From Fistulifera solaris (lineage: Eukaryota), in the NCBI GenBank assembly GCA_030295235.1, contig AP026123.1:124001-188000 (forward strand): 64,000 nt of DNA, read 5' to 3'. Position 1 is the stretch's first letter; each line of letters begins with the position of its first letter. The notes beneath the pieces were generated by a model. It searched no databases and was not told where the DNA came from. It was given only the letters and a program-made list of their open reading frames with translations. Of this stretch, positions 46,699-57,396 are shown in pieces. A program made the translations under genes and the position numbers.

Positions 46699-49243
46699 AT
46701 GTCAAATCGTTCAGGCTCGCGAATAAGAAAAGTACGAAGGCTGGAGGACAACATCATCAACGACTTTGTCGTTGTTTGTGAAAGTGAACTCGCTCTCTAT
46801 GACGATTGGGGAGGTTTGACACAGATACATTACGCAGAATTCCTCGCTCAATACTGTCAAACGAGTCCGGGCGATGCCTGTCAGCCGCAAACATCCAATT
46901 TTTGGAATCTCGACCTCCAATTGCAGAAAACGTTTCTATCACCTGGCTGTCCCCAAGATGTCGAACAGAATGAACAGTGCATCGATTACTTGCTGCAAAA
47001 CAATCCGCAAACACTTCTATATGCTGGAAATGTGACACAACTGTGTGAGTTGACTGAAAGTCTGTTGATCACAACGGGTTTAATACAGTTTCCGAAGGAC
47101 GATATCGAACAGGAAGGGAGAGACAGTGGCAATTTACCCAACAATACCTTGACTACAGCATTGACAGCGACTCCAGTGCCTTCAGTTGCACCTACAATGA
47201 GCAGGTCAAATTCTTCAATTGCGGAGACGAACGAGGAAACCGACGAAAATAATTTGCCGAGTCGTTTACTGATGCACTTTGGGATTGTCTTGGTCGGCTT
47301 TGGGTTATGCTTGGGAATGATGTTTGCGTATATCCGAAGGTTGCGACACAAAAAGAAAAAAGAACGTTGTGGTTCAGAGGAAAAAGGAGTCTGTGTGTGG
47401 CGAGGGTAGACCCCGAATGCCTCAGACGTCCTCCTTGGTTGGCAATGATGGCGCTCCTCACTTCGCTCGTCGGAATTCAGAGCGTGGTCGGATAAAATTA
47501 GAGGCACCCAGGTCCGCTCCAATAACAAGAACGGAATCGCGAATCGAGCATGAAATAAGTAACACCAAGACGCCTGGTCCTTACTGTCCGGCTGGAAATA
47601 GTAGCCTCTGTCGTGTTCCTAGTTGCAGTTCTGTGGTGGACCCTCGCGGGCCTTCTTTGACTCCTTTCATCGTGGAGAGCACCTCATTACCCAGCGTTAA
47701 GGTTGCTGCAGTGCCAAGCAACACATTAGGAGATTCCATACCATCTAGGGAGGACGAAGTGCTTTCGAGTGCTGCAATTGACCACGAACATTTAGCAACT
47801 AAAACCGCATCAGAAGGTCCTTGGATTGTCGAATGCACAAACGACGACGAAGAAGACCGTTTAAGCATTTCAATTCTGCGTCACAAATTGAGCCTAACAA
47901 GCCCGTTTAAGCATTGTCAAGTCATCGAAGTGAATGAAGATGAAGCGTGCGATACAAGCAAGAGTGTGGTAGCTCGCCCTGATTCGATGGATGAAGACAA
48001 TCTGCAAGAAACAAAAAGTCTTAACAATTTGGGCGTAGAGTTGCAATCTATTGAGACGTTCGACTGTTCTATCCGGAATGGACAAGACCAAAATGCAACA
48101 ACAATAGAGTCTCCCGCTATTTGGGAGCTTGTCGACCTAACAAATGATATATCGTCATTTAAAGACGAAATTCTACAACCGATTAGCACCTCCGGCAAAC
48201 AGAGCGAGAGTGTGTCGATAGTGTCAGAGCAATTGCAAGAAGAACCGACCTGTCGCTTTATAGGTGCGAACGTTCAGGTTGAAGAGATGGAGAAGACTAC
48301 TACAGCTTTCACGAGTGAGTGCAAGCAGCCATACATTTTCTTGTGTGAGTCGAGTGTTGAAAGTAAAGGCTGCAATTACAAATCGACGATAGTAGCAGGC
48401 AAATGCGACGAACTGATATGCGACGACATACATAGGAAAGGTAAAGCTGAAGAGATGCGACATAAATCAAGCCGGACCAGAGTCGACCCACCCGATAATG
48501 ATGTTGTGATAGGGTGCAACGGTGCAAGGATCCTAATTGAAGCCAGGTGCCCTGTATCACGTCAAACAGATCTGCCGGAGACTACTGAATCTGATGATAA
48601 TTCCACGGACTTGATTTCACGTAGCAGCCCGCTGACCGTTGAAAGTGCAAAGTTAGAGAGTCAGCAAACAACTGACAAACCCGCGATGTTGGATAATGGT
48701 CACGCACCAGCTTCTACAAGATCGCAGCTTTTAGAAACAAACTTAGCAATGTATTCCGCTTGCGATCAAAGTGAGCAGTCTATCAAAGATTGTTCAAGAA
48801 AAAGCAGCCAATCACGGCTACCTCAAATATCCATTGCTGACCAAACAGCAAATGATGCTATTTCGGAGACCAATCAGCAATTGGTTGCCCATTTTGATGC
48901 AGTCACCGAAGAAACTTTTTCCCATCATCCTCACTTTGAAGATATATCCCTGAAAATACAATCATGTTACAGCGATCTATCCATGGAAGAATTGTTTGAT
49001 GAGCCACGAGTAAAAACAAAAAGGTCACGCGGGGCTGATGGGCTGTCCACGGACAATTCCTCACATAGCGCCGAGTGGTCCATGGAGAGCTCCATTCGAC
49101 AGACCTTTTATTCGTTCAAACAAAATGTCAGCCACGCCATCGCCGATTTGAATGACACCACAGTCGAGACGACTTCAGTCTTGGGGGAGTCTGAAATAGA
49201 GAATAAAGTCACGCCGCATGAGAATTGCAGTATAGATCCATAG
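46699..49243 (+). CDS. Single-pass membrane protein with an N-terminal Cys-rich domain and a long acidic disordered tail; frameshift in the A-run ~47350-47365
   Basis: RRL motif; Cys domain shared with the next gene; TM segment FGIVLVGFGLCLGMMFAYI followed by RRLRHKKKK; continues in ORF 47324-49243. Confidence 0.65.
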
Positions 49244-49987
49244 TTGAACATGCAAAATACGCTCGGTTGGCATGATTCTCTAGTTCAGAACTTTATCGAA
49301 TTCCCGTGACCCGTGAGGAAGGCTGAACGCAGAGCAAAGCGTGTAGTTACTGTAAAAATGTGGTTTTAATCTTACAGAGGCTTTAATCTACTTTTACGGA
49401 GTTCTCGCAACTATTCGTCACAAGTAGCTGCTTGACAAAGAGCAATCTCCATTCAGACGACAAACGTACCTTGGCTTTCACTTGTGCTTCCGCCACTTGC
49501 AACGCGGTATCCCGGTATCTTCCGTTATCAGCTGTTTTTTTCACTGAATGAGGAATTAATGAACAAAATGAATTTGTAGGAAAGGAATGAGACTCATTAT
49601 GGCTTCGTCGGCGGCGAACTAAATAATAGCCATAAGAGGTTGCCGCGTGGAAAAGAGTGCAGCCATACCTAATCTGTTATAGCCTTTAAAATGCTTACCC
49701 CTTAAAAACGAATACTTCTTGTGCCATCATTAGCATGGTTCGACTTTTCTATTTCAGTGAGGGGCATTTTCACGAAAAAGTGAACGACATGCGTTATTGC
49801 AAATGGATACGCGGCTTACCGGTACTCATGGACATTATTGAGTTATAGAGGCACGATTCGAACCTAGACACACTAATACCGTTGCAACTTGCAGCCGAAA
49901 TTTGAAATTTTGTTTCGCAACCGTTTCGCGAAAAATTTTCTTTGCTCACATTTTCTATTTGCAAACGACAAGCCGCCGACAATCATC

Positions 49988-52105
49988 ATGAGAATACCTT
50001 GCGCTAGCCCAACAATAACGACGAATATGGTTATGACCTGTATACTCATTTTAAATCCTTTGATTTTTCTCCAGCTTCCAATCCACTCTTTGGCGTCATC
50101 AGCGGCAAAACAGAGTCGATTGAGACGCACCGCCGCCTCGACTTGGAGACAAGCTATTGCTAGCCACAATGACTACAGCACTGAACAAGAGTTCATGAAT
50201 GCTTGCCAAACAGAACTGAGGCTATCTGCAAAAAACGATGTTGTATCACATGATGATTATGCCGCATTTCTTGCTCAATATTGTCAATCCAATCCTGGTT
50301 GGGCTTGTTCGTATGATACATCGTTCTTTTGGAGATTAGATCCTCGACTGCAAAGAGCTTTTATGTCAGACAGTTGTCCTGGAGATGCTTTTCATCAAGA
50401 AGAATGCTTGGAATATTTTGCAGAGCACCCTGAAAAACATTTAGGATACTCTGGGGAAATTGAGAAATTGTGCAGTTCGGTCAAGGAGTTACTGGTACCA
50501 ACTGGGCTGGTACAGGAAACGGCCGCGTTCAGTAATGAAGACTCGAGCTTTGAAAACGGAACACGGAGTCAAGAGCTCGGACAGTCACAAGCTCATGCCG
50601 CAGACGAGTATACAGGGATGGATCGTGGATCAAAAAGGAGTGGAAAGCGAGGCAAGGGTAATGAAAATTATTTTTCCGACGTAGACGACGAAGAGGACGA
50701 AGAGTTCGAAGAAGGCGAAGAAATGGTAAACGACAAGGGGAAGAAAGGAAGACAGGGTTTTGGAAAGAAAGACGGCGGTGGCGAAGAGGATAATGAATTA
50801 TTAGGAGAAGGACAAAGCGAAGAAGACAGGGAAGGTCACCAAAGTGCCGGAAACAGTTCTTCAACTTTTGCAGGAGAAACGAACGATGCATTTGCAACAG
50901 GAGATCAGGATATTCTAGCTTCTGTAGATGGCTCTGACTCTGAAGGGTCTCTTCAGGTCGAGATTTCCTCCAATGCAACGGTACCTTCAATGGGACTCGA
51001 TGAAGAAAACAGCAACGAGCTGATAACAGAGCAGCCAAATAAGCTGAATCAAGAACCACAAGACGCACATGAGGGAGTAAAGCATAACGGGCATTCCCAG
51101 CCAGCACCACCTCAATCGAAATCGGAAGATAGCTTAGGCTCCAGTCAATACGATGAAAACATGGCGACCAGTGACAAGGATAAAGACAAAATCCGAAATT
51201 TCGTTCTTGCGATAACTGGAAGCTTTGCATTCATTCTCATTCTTGGAGTTACGCATGGATCTAGAATACGTCTGCACCAGAGGAATAAAGATGCCCCATC
51301 AAGACACTATGAATGCTTTGCGGAAGATGAAGTATTATCTTTGCCGTCTGGTGAAAGTGGCTTATTTCAGTCATCAAATGGCAGTACACTGGAGGCAGCC
51401 CTGACATTTATCGATAGCAGAACGAAGAAAGAGCTAGTACTCACATCAAAACAACGAGCTGGTATAGCATCTCATTTCTCTCGATTAATACATCTTGTCA
51501 AAAGAGATACGACCGCGGCTTCGGATTTCGATAGTGTTCATGCTAGATGTGAAGATCTGTCGCTTGAAGCATTGAATGATGAATCGCCCATCTTCGATAG
51601 TCCGAAACTAGCAGAGGAAGCCATGGTAGACGAGGAAGGCTGGCGAAAGCGACTCGAAATTGGTGGTTTTACGCATGATATTAGAGGGTGTGGACTGTTC
51701 GGTGCAGGCAAATCGTCCAACCGTATCTTGAGACAAATAGAAGAATCACCGTGCGAGTCTGAAATTTCTGCAGAAGAGAGCTCAATCAGTGTATACACGG
51801 AGTCTAGCTGCAACGATGTAGTCAGCGAAGAGCGGCTCGAGCAACTTAAGGAATTCGACGACAGCCTTACCACGGGTCTTTCAAAGCTTGCTGGCCAAAT
51901 GAGCAAGCTTGTTGCTAATGATTGCACATCCCTCGACGTATCCGCTGCCAGGAGCTTGAGAGACTGTTTCGAATCGAGAGCAGGTAACGAATTTGTGTAC
52001 CGCGGGGGAGCTGGATCATCCGGCGCTGACTCGTCGACGGCATCGGATATAGAATCCACTTGCTCTTCCACCACAGAAAACATGCAAGCAGATGCTACCG
52101 AATGA
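49988..52105 (+). CDS. Signal-peptide, single-pass membrane protein with a Cys-rich domain paralogous to the upstream gene
   Basis: Hydrophobic N-terminus; YAAFLAQYCQSNPG..C....FWRLDPRLQRAF...CP.D...C domain; acidic/Gly-Lys linker; TM segment FVLAITGSFAFILILGV. Confidence 0.75.
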   Translation: MRIPCASPTITTNMVMTCILILNPLIFLQLPIHSLASSAAKQSRLRRTAASTWRQAIASHNDYSTEQEFMNACQTELRLSAKNDVVSHDDYAAFLAQYCQSNPGWACSYDTSFFWRLDPRLQRAFMSDSCPGDAFHQEECLEYFAEHPEKHLGYSGEIEKLCSSVKELLVPTGLVQETAAFSNEDSSFENGTRSQELGQSQAHAADEYTGMDRGSKRSGKRGKGNENYFSDVDDEEDEEFEEGEEMVNDKGKKGRQGFGKKDGGGEEDNELLGEGQSEEDREGHQSAGNSSSTFAGETNDAFATGDQDILASVDGSDSEGSLQVEISSNATVPSMGLDEENSNELITEQPNKLNQEPQDAHEGVKHNGHSQPAPPQSKSEDSLGSSQYDENMATSDKDKDKIRNFVLAITGSFAFILILGVTHGSRIRLHQRNKDAPSRHYECFAEDEVLSLPSGESGLFQSSNGSTLEAALTFIDSRTKKELVLTSKQRAGIASHFSRLIHLVKRDTTAASDFDSVHARCEDLSLEALNDESPIFDSPKLAEEAMVDEEGWRKRLEIGGFTHDIRGCGLFGAGKSSNRILRQIEESPCESEISAEESSISVYTESSCNDVVSEERLEQLKEFDDSLTTGLSKLAGQMSKLVANDCTSLDVSAARSLRDCFESRAGNEFVYRGGAGSSGADSSTASDIESTCSSTTENMQADATE

Positions 52106-52209
52106 TAAGATTCACCTATGTCTAAAAGATGCGACACAAATTATGGAAATTCGGCACAATGCCCTGCCATAAACTTTTTATGAAACAATAACTAATGAAC
52201 AGCTCTATT

Positions 52210-53841
52210 TTACGGCCCCAGCGGCAGAAAGTCGTCCAACCGATGGAAAATTGTGTCGATCCTGCATTTGGATTCAGATCCAAATCCGATACTGACAAAA
52301 ACAACATCAGGAGCCCCTCTGCGTCCTCGTTGAAATTCGCAGACGGCAATGAAAAGAGATTGCCCCGTGCTCTTGTAGTCTTTCATTTCGTACACATCGC
52401 CGACGCCAAGTCCGGCTACGCTTTCTGACCCACCATCTCCCTGCGTCGTTAGGATCACTTGATTCCTTTTGTTGCCCGTGCCAATATTCATACCTTTAGC
52501 ACGGTTAAATGTAACAAAGTATTCGTCACGAATGCTGATTATCACCGCCTCGTCCGCCGACGTTTTGTCGAAGTCTACCATTGGTGCTAATTTAATTAGC
52601 TGGTCTCCTGATGTCAATGGATCAATCCAATGATGTCGTGTTTTATACCACCCAAGTTCCCAGCTTTTGATCCCATTGAAGCACCTTCGTGGTTGTGTCT
52701 GGCTCCTGTACCCAGCTGCCATGTAGTCAGTACTGTCGCCATACTTCTCACCGTCTTGATTGGCGTGCGTTAGGCCCAAAGTGTGTCCTATTTCGTGCAT
52801 GGTTGCAGACAGAGACAGACACCAGTCATCATTGAACTGTGCTCTCCAATGCCCTACACCTGCACTGGCTACCCACGGCCGTGACCCGACATTCGGTGGC
52901 AAGCACACTAGAACCTTCTCGCCGAGCTCGGACATGCTCAAGCCGCTCGTTTTCTCTAACTCAGCTTGAGCTGCCGTCGCCAAAGCCAGTCCTGAATCGA
53001 AATTCGATGCAGGTTCGTTCACAGTAACAGAAAGGATTCCAGCAGGAGCCAATTGAAACTTGAGTCTCCCGAATGAACAAGTGTCAAACTGTGTCACGAA
53101 GTTGACCTTCGACTCGTCAAACAGTGTGTCTTTGACATCATCGGCCGTGAAAGTAAGTGACGAGTCAATAGTCGACACGAGAACAACAGCAATATCGACA
53201 GTTCGTTTTTCCCGTGAAGATTCTATGTTCATTTTTGGGTTCTTCATAGTCACCAAGGATACTGTCGCATTACTGGTCACTTCCAGAGTGCCCCTGTCAA
53301 GCACAACATCTGTGAACTTGGCGTAGAGGCTATTGCTGAGTAGCATTTTCTTGTTGGTTGTAACCCAAGATGTGTTGAGACCTTTCACCGTAATAAGATC
53401 TCCTGATTCGACATCACCCAACATGGGAACGCAACCTATTTCGTCGTGTCCAGGTTCTTCGTCTTCTTCGGTCGGCGTGTTTATGATGGGCATGAATGCT
53501 TCATCGTATGCACCATTATTACTTGTCTTTTCTTTACTTTCTTCCTCATGCGCTTGAAAAGTATCAAGAACGATGAGATGGCATACGATGTCGGTTTCCA
53601 TTTTGACTCTCGCCGATGACATGCGGCGACCACGAACCAGTTGACGCTCTTCTTGAGCAAGTTCTGTCAGGGCTTGGAGTTTCTTCATCGGCGACAGGAG
53701 TTCTAAGCTTCTATTATCAACAAGCCTCCGTTTTGCTTCAAGTTCATGCGACCCTTGACGAGGATCGGTGAGTTTGACGATTAAAGACACGACGAAAAGC
53801 GTCGTCGCCGCGGCTAGGATGTTCCTTATCTGCCGCCTCAT
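52210..53841 (-). CDS. Secreted or membrane-anchored metalloprotease, peptidase M11 (gametolysin)-like
   Basis: Zinc motif HEIGHTLGLTH; YGDSTDYM Met-turn; CFNGIKSWELGWY; QFDTCSFG; FNRAKGMN; N-terminal TM or signal followed by RRL. Confidence 0.85.
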   Translation of the reverse strand: MRRQIRNILAAATTLFVVSLIVKLTDPRQGSHELEAKRRLVDNRSLELLSPMKKLQALTELAQEERQLVRGRRMSSARVKMETDIVCHLIVLDTFQAHEEESKEKTSNNGAYDEAFMPIINTPTEEDEEPGHDEIGCVPMLGDVESGDLITVKGLNTSWVTTNKKMLLSNSLYAKFTDVVLDRGTLEVTSNATVSLVTMKNPKMNIESSREKRTVDIAVVLVSTIDSSLTFTADDVKDTLFDESKVNFVTQFDTCSFGRLKFQLAPAGILSVTVNEPASNFDSGLALATAAQAELEKTSGLSMSELGEKVLVCLPPNVGSRPWVASAGVGHWRAQFNDDWCLSLSATMHEIGHTLGLTHANQDGEKYGDSTDYMAAGYRSQTQPRRCFNGIKSWELGWYKTRHHWIDPLTSGDQLIKLAPMVDFDKTSADEAVIISIRDEYFVTFNRAKGMNIGTGNKRNQVILTTQGDGGSESVAGLGVGDVYEMKDYKSTGQSLFIAVCEFQRGRRGAPDVVFVSIGFGSESKCRIDTIFHRLDDFLPLGP

Positions 53842-54932
53842 CTTTGCTCCCTCTGTCGAGCCAACTGCAGAGTCCGAATTTAACGAAGATGAAGTAATGG
53901 TTGAGGGTTTAACGATCAAGTGAGGTCCAATTTGGATAACTGCGCTTCTGTAGAGGAAAAACGTGATTTGCAAACGACCGCCTATTTTGTTTGTGGCATC
54001 GGATGGATTTTGAATTTCGACATCGAAAGAGGACTTCACGAAAAAGAGGCACAATTATTTGGGATGACTAATGACTCTGCTTAGTACTGTAATGACCAAG
54101 GAAATTCAATCACATTATTCAGAAAAGTAGAATACTTAGTAACCTTAGTCATTCATTGGCGAAGAGGTTAAAAGAGACAAGAAAAGAATGACTTAGGGAG
54201 CTATGACTATGTTTTTCCGTTCCGGAAGCCTACCTTTGAAAGATAGTACATTATGTGTCACAGTTCTCGCACTGAAATGACCGCCAATCTCCAATCGCAG
54301 AGATGTTGCGCGTTGCGCAATCACGTTTGTTGCGTGAGCAAAACGTGAGGTCAGTTTCGTTTTAATTAATCAAGTACCGGTGTATTGTCAATGTCAGTAT
54401 TAAAAAATCCTGTTAATTACCGTTGCCATGAATATTATAGGCTTCTATCTACAGTATATTGTATAGCTATGTTGCTGATGGCTTGCCACGTGTGTTGGCG
54501 CCAACTTTTCTCTCTGTCTTTCTGTCTTCCTCGTTCTTTTTTTCTCCACAGTCGCAGTTTCGCGGTTCGCGTTTTACAACAATCGCTGAAATACACTATG
54601 ACAAGAATGTACTTGAATGACGTAAGTTTATGAATAGATAGATGAGTTCGTGTCGTTTCGGTCAAGTGTACAGGAATGCTGATACTCGATCAGACACACG
54701 TAGAGACTTTTAGTGACGCACTTTGTCGCTGCAAAATGGAGTTGGGCGAGCCATCGAAAACGTGAGATCTTTTTCATGGCGGTGATTTTGATGGGTGATG
54801 GGCCCGTGGATTATTTTTGTTAGACAAGTGACACGTCTCTCCACAAGAGCCATCATCAGTTGAACGTTGGCATTCCATTCCTTTTATACGCTTGAAATCT
54901 GCTAGTACTTCATACACTCAAGCACTTTCACG

Positions 54933-55780
54933 ATGAAATTAACTTTAGCCCTTTTATTGGCTGCCACGGCAGAAGCCTTTGTGGTGCAACAAAGAGCGTG
55001 TCATCGACCCGTCTCTTTTCGGCTCCTCCGCCGCCGGGTCAAGGTTCCATCCCTCTTGCCGGAGGTCCTCCGCCGATGGCTGCTTCTCCCATGAAGCCTT
55101 CTGGTGCCGTACCGGGGGAAGATGCTGCTTGGGATTTGCCTTCCATTTCCGAGCCCAACCCGATTCTTCGTATCGAAGGTGGCGGCACACGCAAAACCTA
55201 CGGTTTCCGCAACGTCCAGAAGGAAGTTGTACAGCTTGCACTTTCCAGTGAAGGACGCCCTATTCAAGCAGATATGGAGCTCTGGATTGGACCCGACTGG
55301 ACACCCTTTAAGCTCAAGGCCTACAGTGAAGACGGCCTGATCCGCCCTATTCAAACATTGATCGGCACCCGTAACAAGCAAGCTACTATTGAGATCCGCA
55401 ACTCGGGAGCTTACGAGTTCCCCTTCAATGCCGCCTGCCGGTACGCTGACCCTCCTCTTGCGGAAGCCCGTACGAACCTAGTTCCGTCTATGGGAAATCC
55501 GCGTTTGATCCAAGGTGGTGCCGTTTACTCGGTTCCCTTCGAACCGACGGCAGAACGAGTTCGTGTTTTGCTCCGTACGGACGGTCGTCAGCTCAACGCC
55601 AGAATCGAATTGTTGGCCGGTCCCAACAATATCAAGCAGCTATATGAAGTCTTCACCAACAACGGACAACTTAACTCATTGTATGTCGTATTTGACACTC
55701 CTGGAGCAGGCAATGTTGTCCGTATTGTCAACCAAGGGACTGTTGAGTTCCCTGCTTACGCTTATATCTCTTCTGTTTAA
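54933..55780 (+). CDS. Pyrenoid shell (PyShell/Shell)-like plastid protein with two internal beta-repeat domains; frameshift at ~54990
   Basis: MKLTLALLLAATAEA-FV bipartite presequence from ATG 54933. Duplicated domain IEGG...EGRPIQADMELWIGPD...IRNSG.YEFP and IQGG...DGRQLNARIELLAGPN...IVNQG.VEFP resembles PyShell as recalled, not searched. Confidence 0.72.
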
Positions 55781-56299
55781 CTTTGGCTGTAATAACAAAT
55801 GGGGATTTCTGAAAGCAATTATTTAGTTTAGAAACTAGCTTCTTTCATTATTTTTGATACAAAAAGTATTTCAGTGTCAGCAACATCTGAATTACATGAA
55901 AGTTAGATTACTAACATGACAACGTCATTTTATCAATGCTGGATGCAGTTGGACCTTTCGAAATCTACCACATCAATTCTCGGGTCCAAAAAATCAAAAT
56001 CTATCTTTTCTTGCCTCAACAGACCTTCATAGAGACTACAAGGTATTAGCAAGATTTGAGGGGTGGGTTCGATACGCGACGTGAATGAGATTCTTGTGAG
56101 GTGGTTCCCGGTCAGCCCGTGATGTCTCTTTTGAAGGCAGCCAGTCTGAATCAGTTTCTAGTTTCTAGTGACTTTTATCGCGAGAGTAAGATCCTACAAC
56201 GTGGACAGGACTTAAAATATAACTTCAAATGTTATCCGTAAGCAAAATTCATCGACAGAGGGTACCCAGATATGGAAGATATGGAATGCTTGTACTTTC

Positions 56300-56810
56300 A
56301 AATTCCCGGAAAATCTGGGAGAGCGGTGGTTTTGCATCCATCCAACGTCCTGCAGATATTCTGGTATGGTTGCTTTGCGTTGCACATAAATTTTGTGCTT
56401 GGTCCAGAATTTCTGGAGTATATGTTTTTCGGTCTTACAGAAATCCTGTCTAAGTTCCATAATTTCTGGAATTCGTATTTTTGGTCCCACAGCAACTCTC
56501 TGACTCTGACACCGGTTCCAGAAGAGCTGAAATCGATGTTCGCAATCATGCACATAAAATTTTTGAACGTTCCAGAAATCCTGGAATCGGTGGTTTGCGT
56601 CACTCAAAGATTTTTCGTGCATTCCAGAAATTCTGGAACTTTCATTTTCGGCCACAGAAAGATTGTGTTGACGTTCCAGCAATACTGGAATCGGTGTTTG
56701 GCATCCATCAATCGTCCTGTGTGCCCGCCGATATTCTGGTATCGTTGTTTGGCGTTGCACATAGATTTTGTGCACGGTCCAGAATTTCTGGACTAGATGT
56801 TTTTCGGTCA
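56300..56810. repeat. ~52-bp-period array of the palindrome TTCCAGAA(A/T)TTCTGGAA with diverged spacers
   Basis: Copies or variants at ~56304, 56351, 56402, 56455, 56516, 56570, 56622, 56674, 56727 and 56777. 56323-56433 recurs at 56692-56809. Confidence 0.88.
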
Positions 56811-56813
56811 CCC

Positions 56814-57152
56814 AGGGTTCCGTTTTGCGTCTCTCGCATCCGTCCATTGTTATCCAACTGCGAATATATTAAAAATTGAAGGGTGAATAAAGTCGCAGCA
56901 ATGATGATTTCGAACTACTTGTTAAGAGCTTCTTTTATTTTCACGTTGAAAATCCGAGGATCGACACCTTGAATTTTCACTATCCAACGGAGTGTTGGTT
57001 TACGCCAGCCAAGACTGGAATGTACAGTAGTCATGAGTCATGAACCGAACAACAAAGGGTTCCGTTTTGCGTCTCTCGCATCCGTCCATTGTTATCCAAC
57101 TGCGAATATATTTTAAAAATTGAAGGGTGAATAAAGTCGCAGCAATGATGAT
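56814..57152. repeat. Direct repeat of ~95 bp (56814-56908 and 57056-57152)
   Basis: agggttccgttttgcgtctctcgcatccg...gtcgcagcaatgatgat is present twice, differing only in a T-run length. Confidence 0.95.
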
Positions 57153-57396
57153 GTTGAACCGAACCTGCTCCAACAATGTTATTGCACAGCAACGAGTGAC
57201 AAATGAGCGCTCTTTTTGTGCAAACTTGTCGAAGGGAGCATAAATGCAACGCTTGTAATCCGATCTGTTATTGCGTTGCGCCTTATTTTTGATTATAAAA
57301 AGTCTGACTGATAGGGAAGGATGTTATTTCGAAGTTGTTGTGATCGTTGAGCAATTGCAACGAATGATATCGATGATTGAGATACTTTTCACAAGA

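Noticed and set aside
56040..56080. tRNA/SINE-like B-box GGTTCGATAC (similar GGTTCGA hits near 49737 and 49855)
   Set aside because: No paired T-stem, cloverleaf or convincing A-box.
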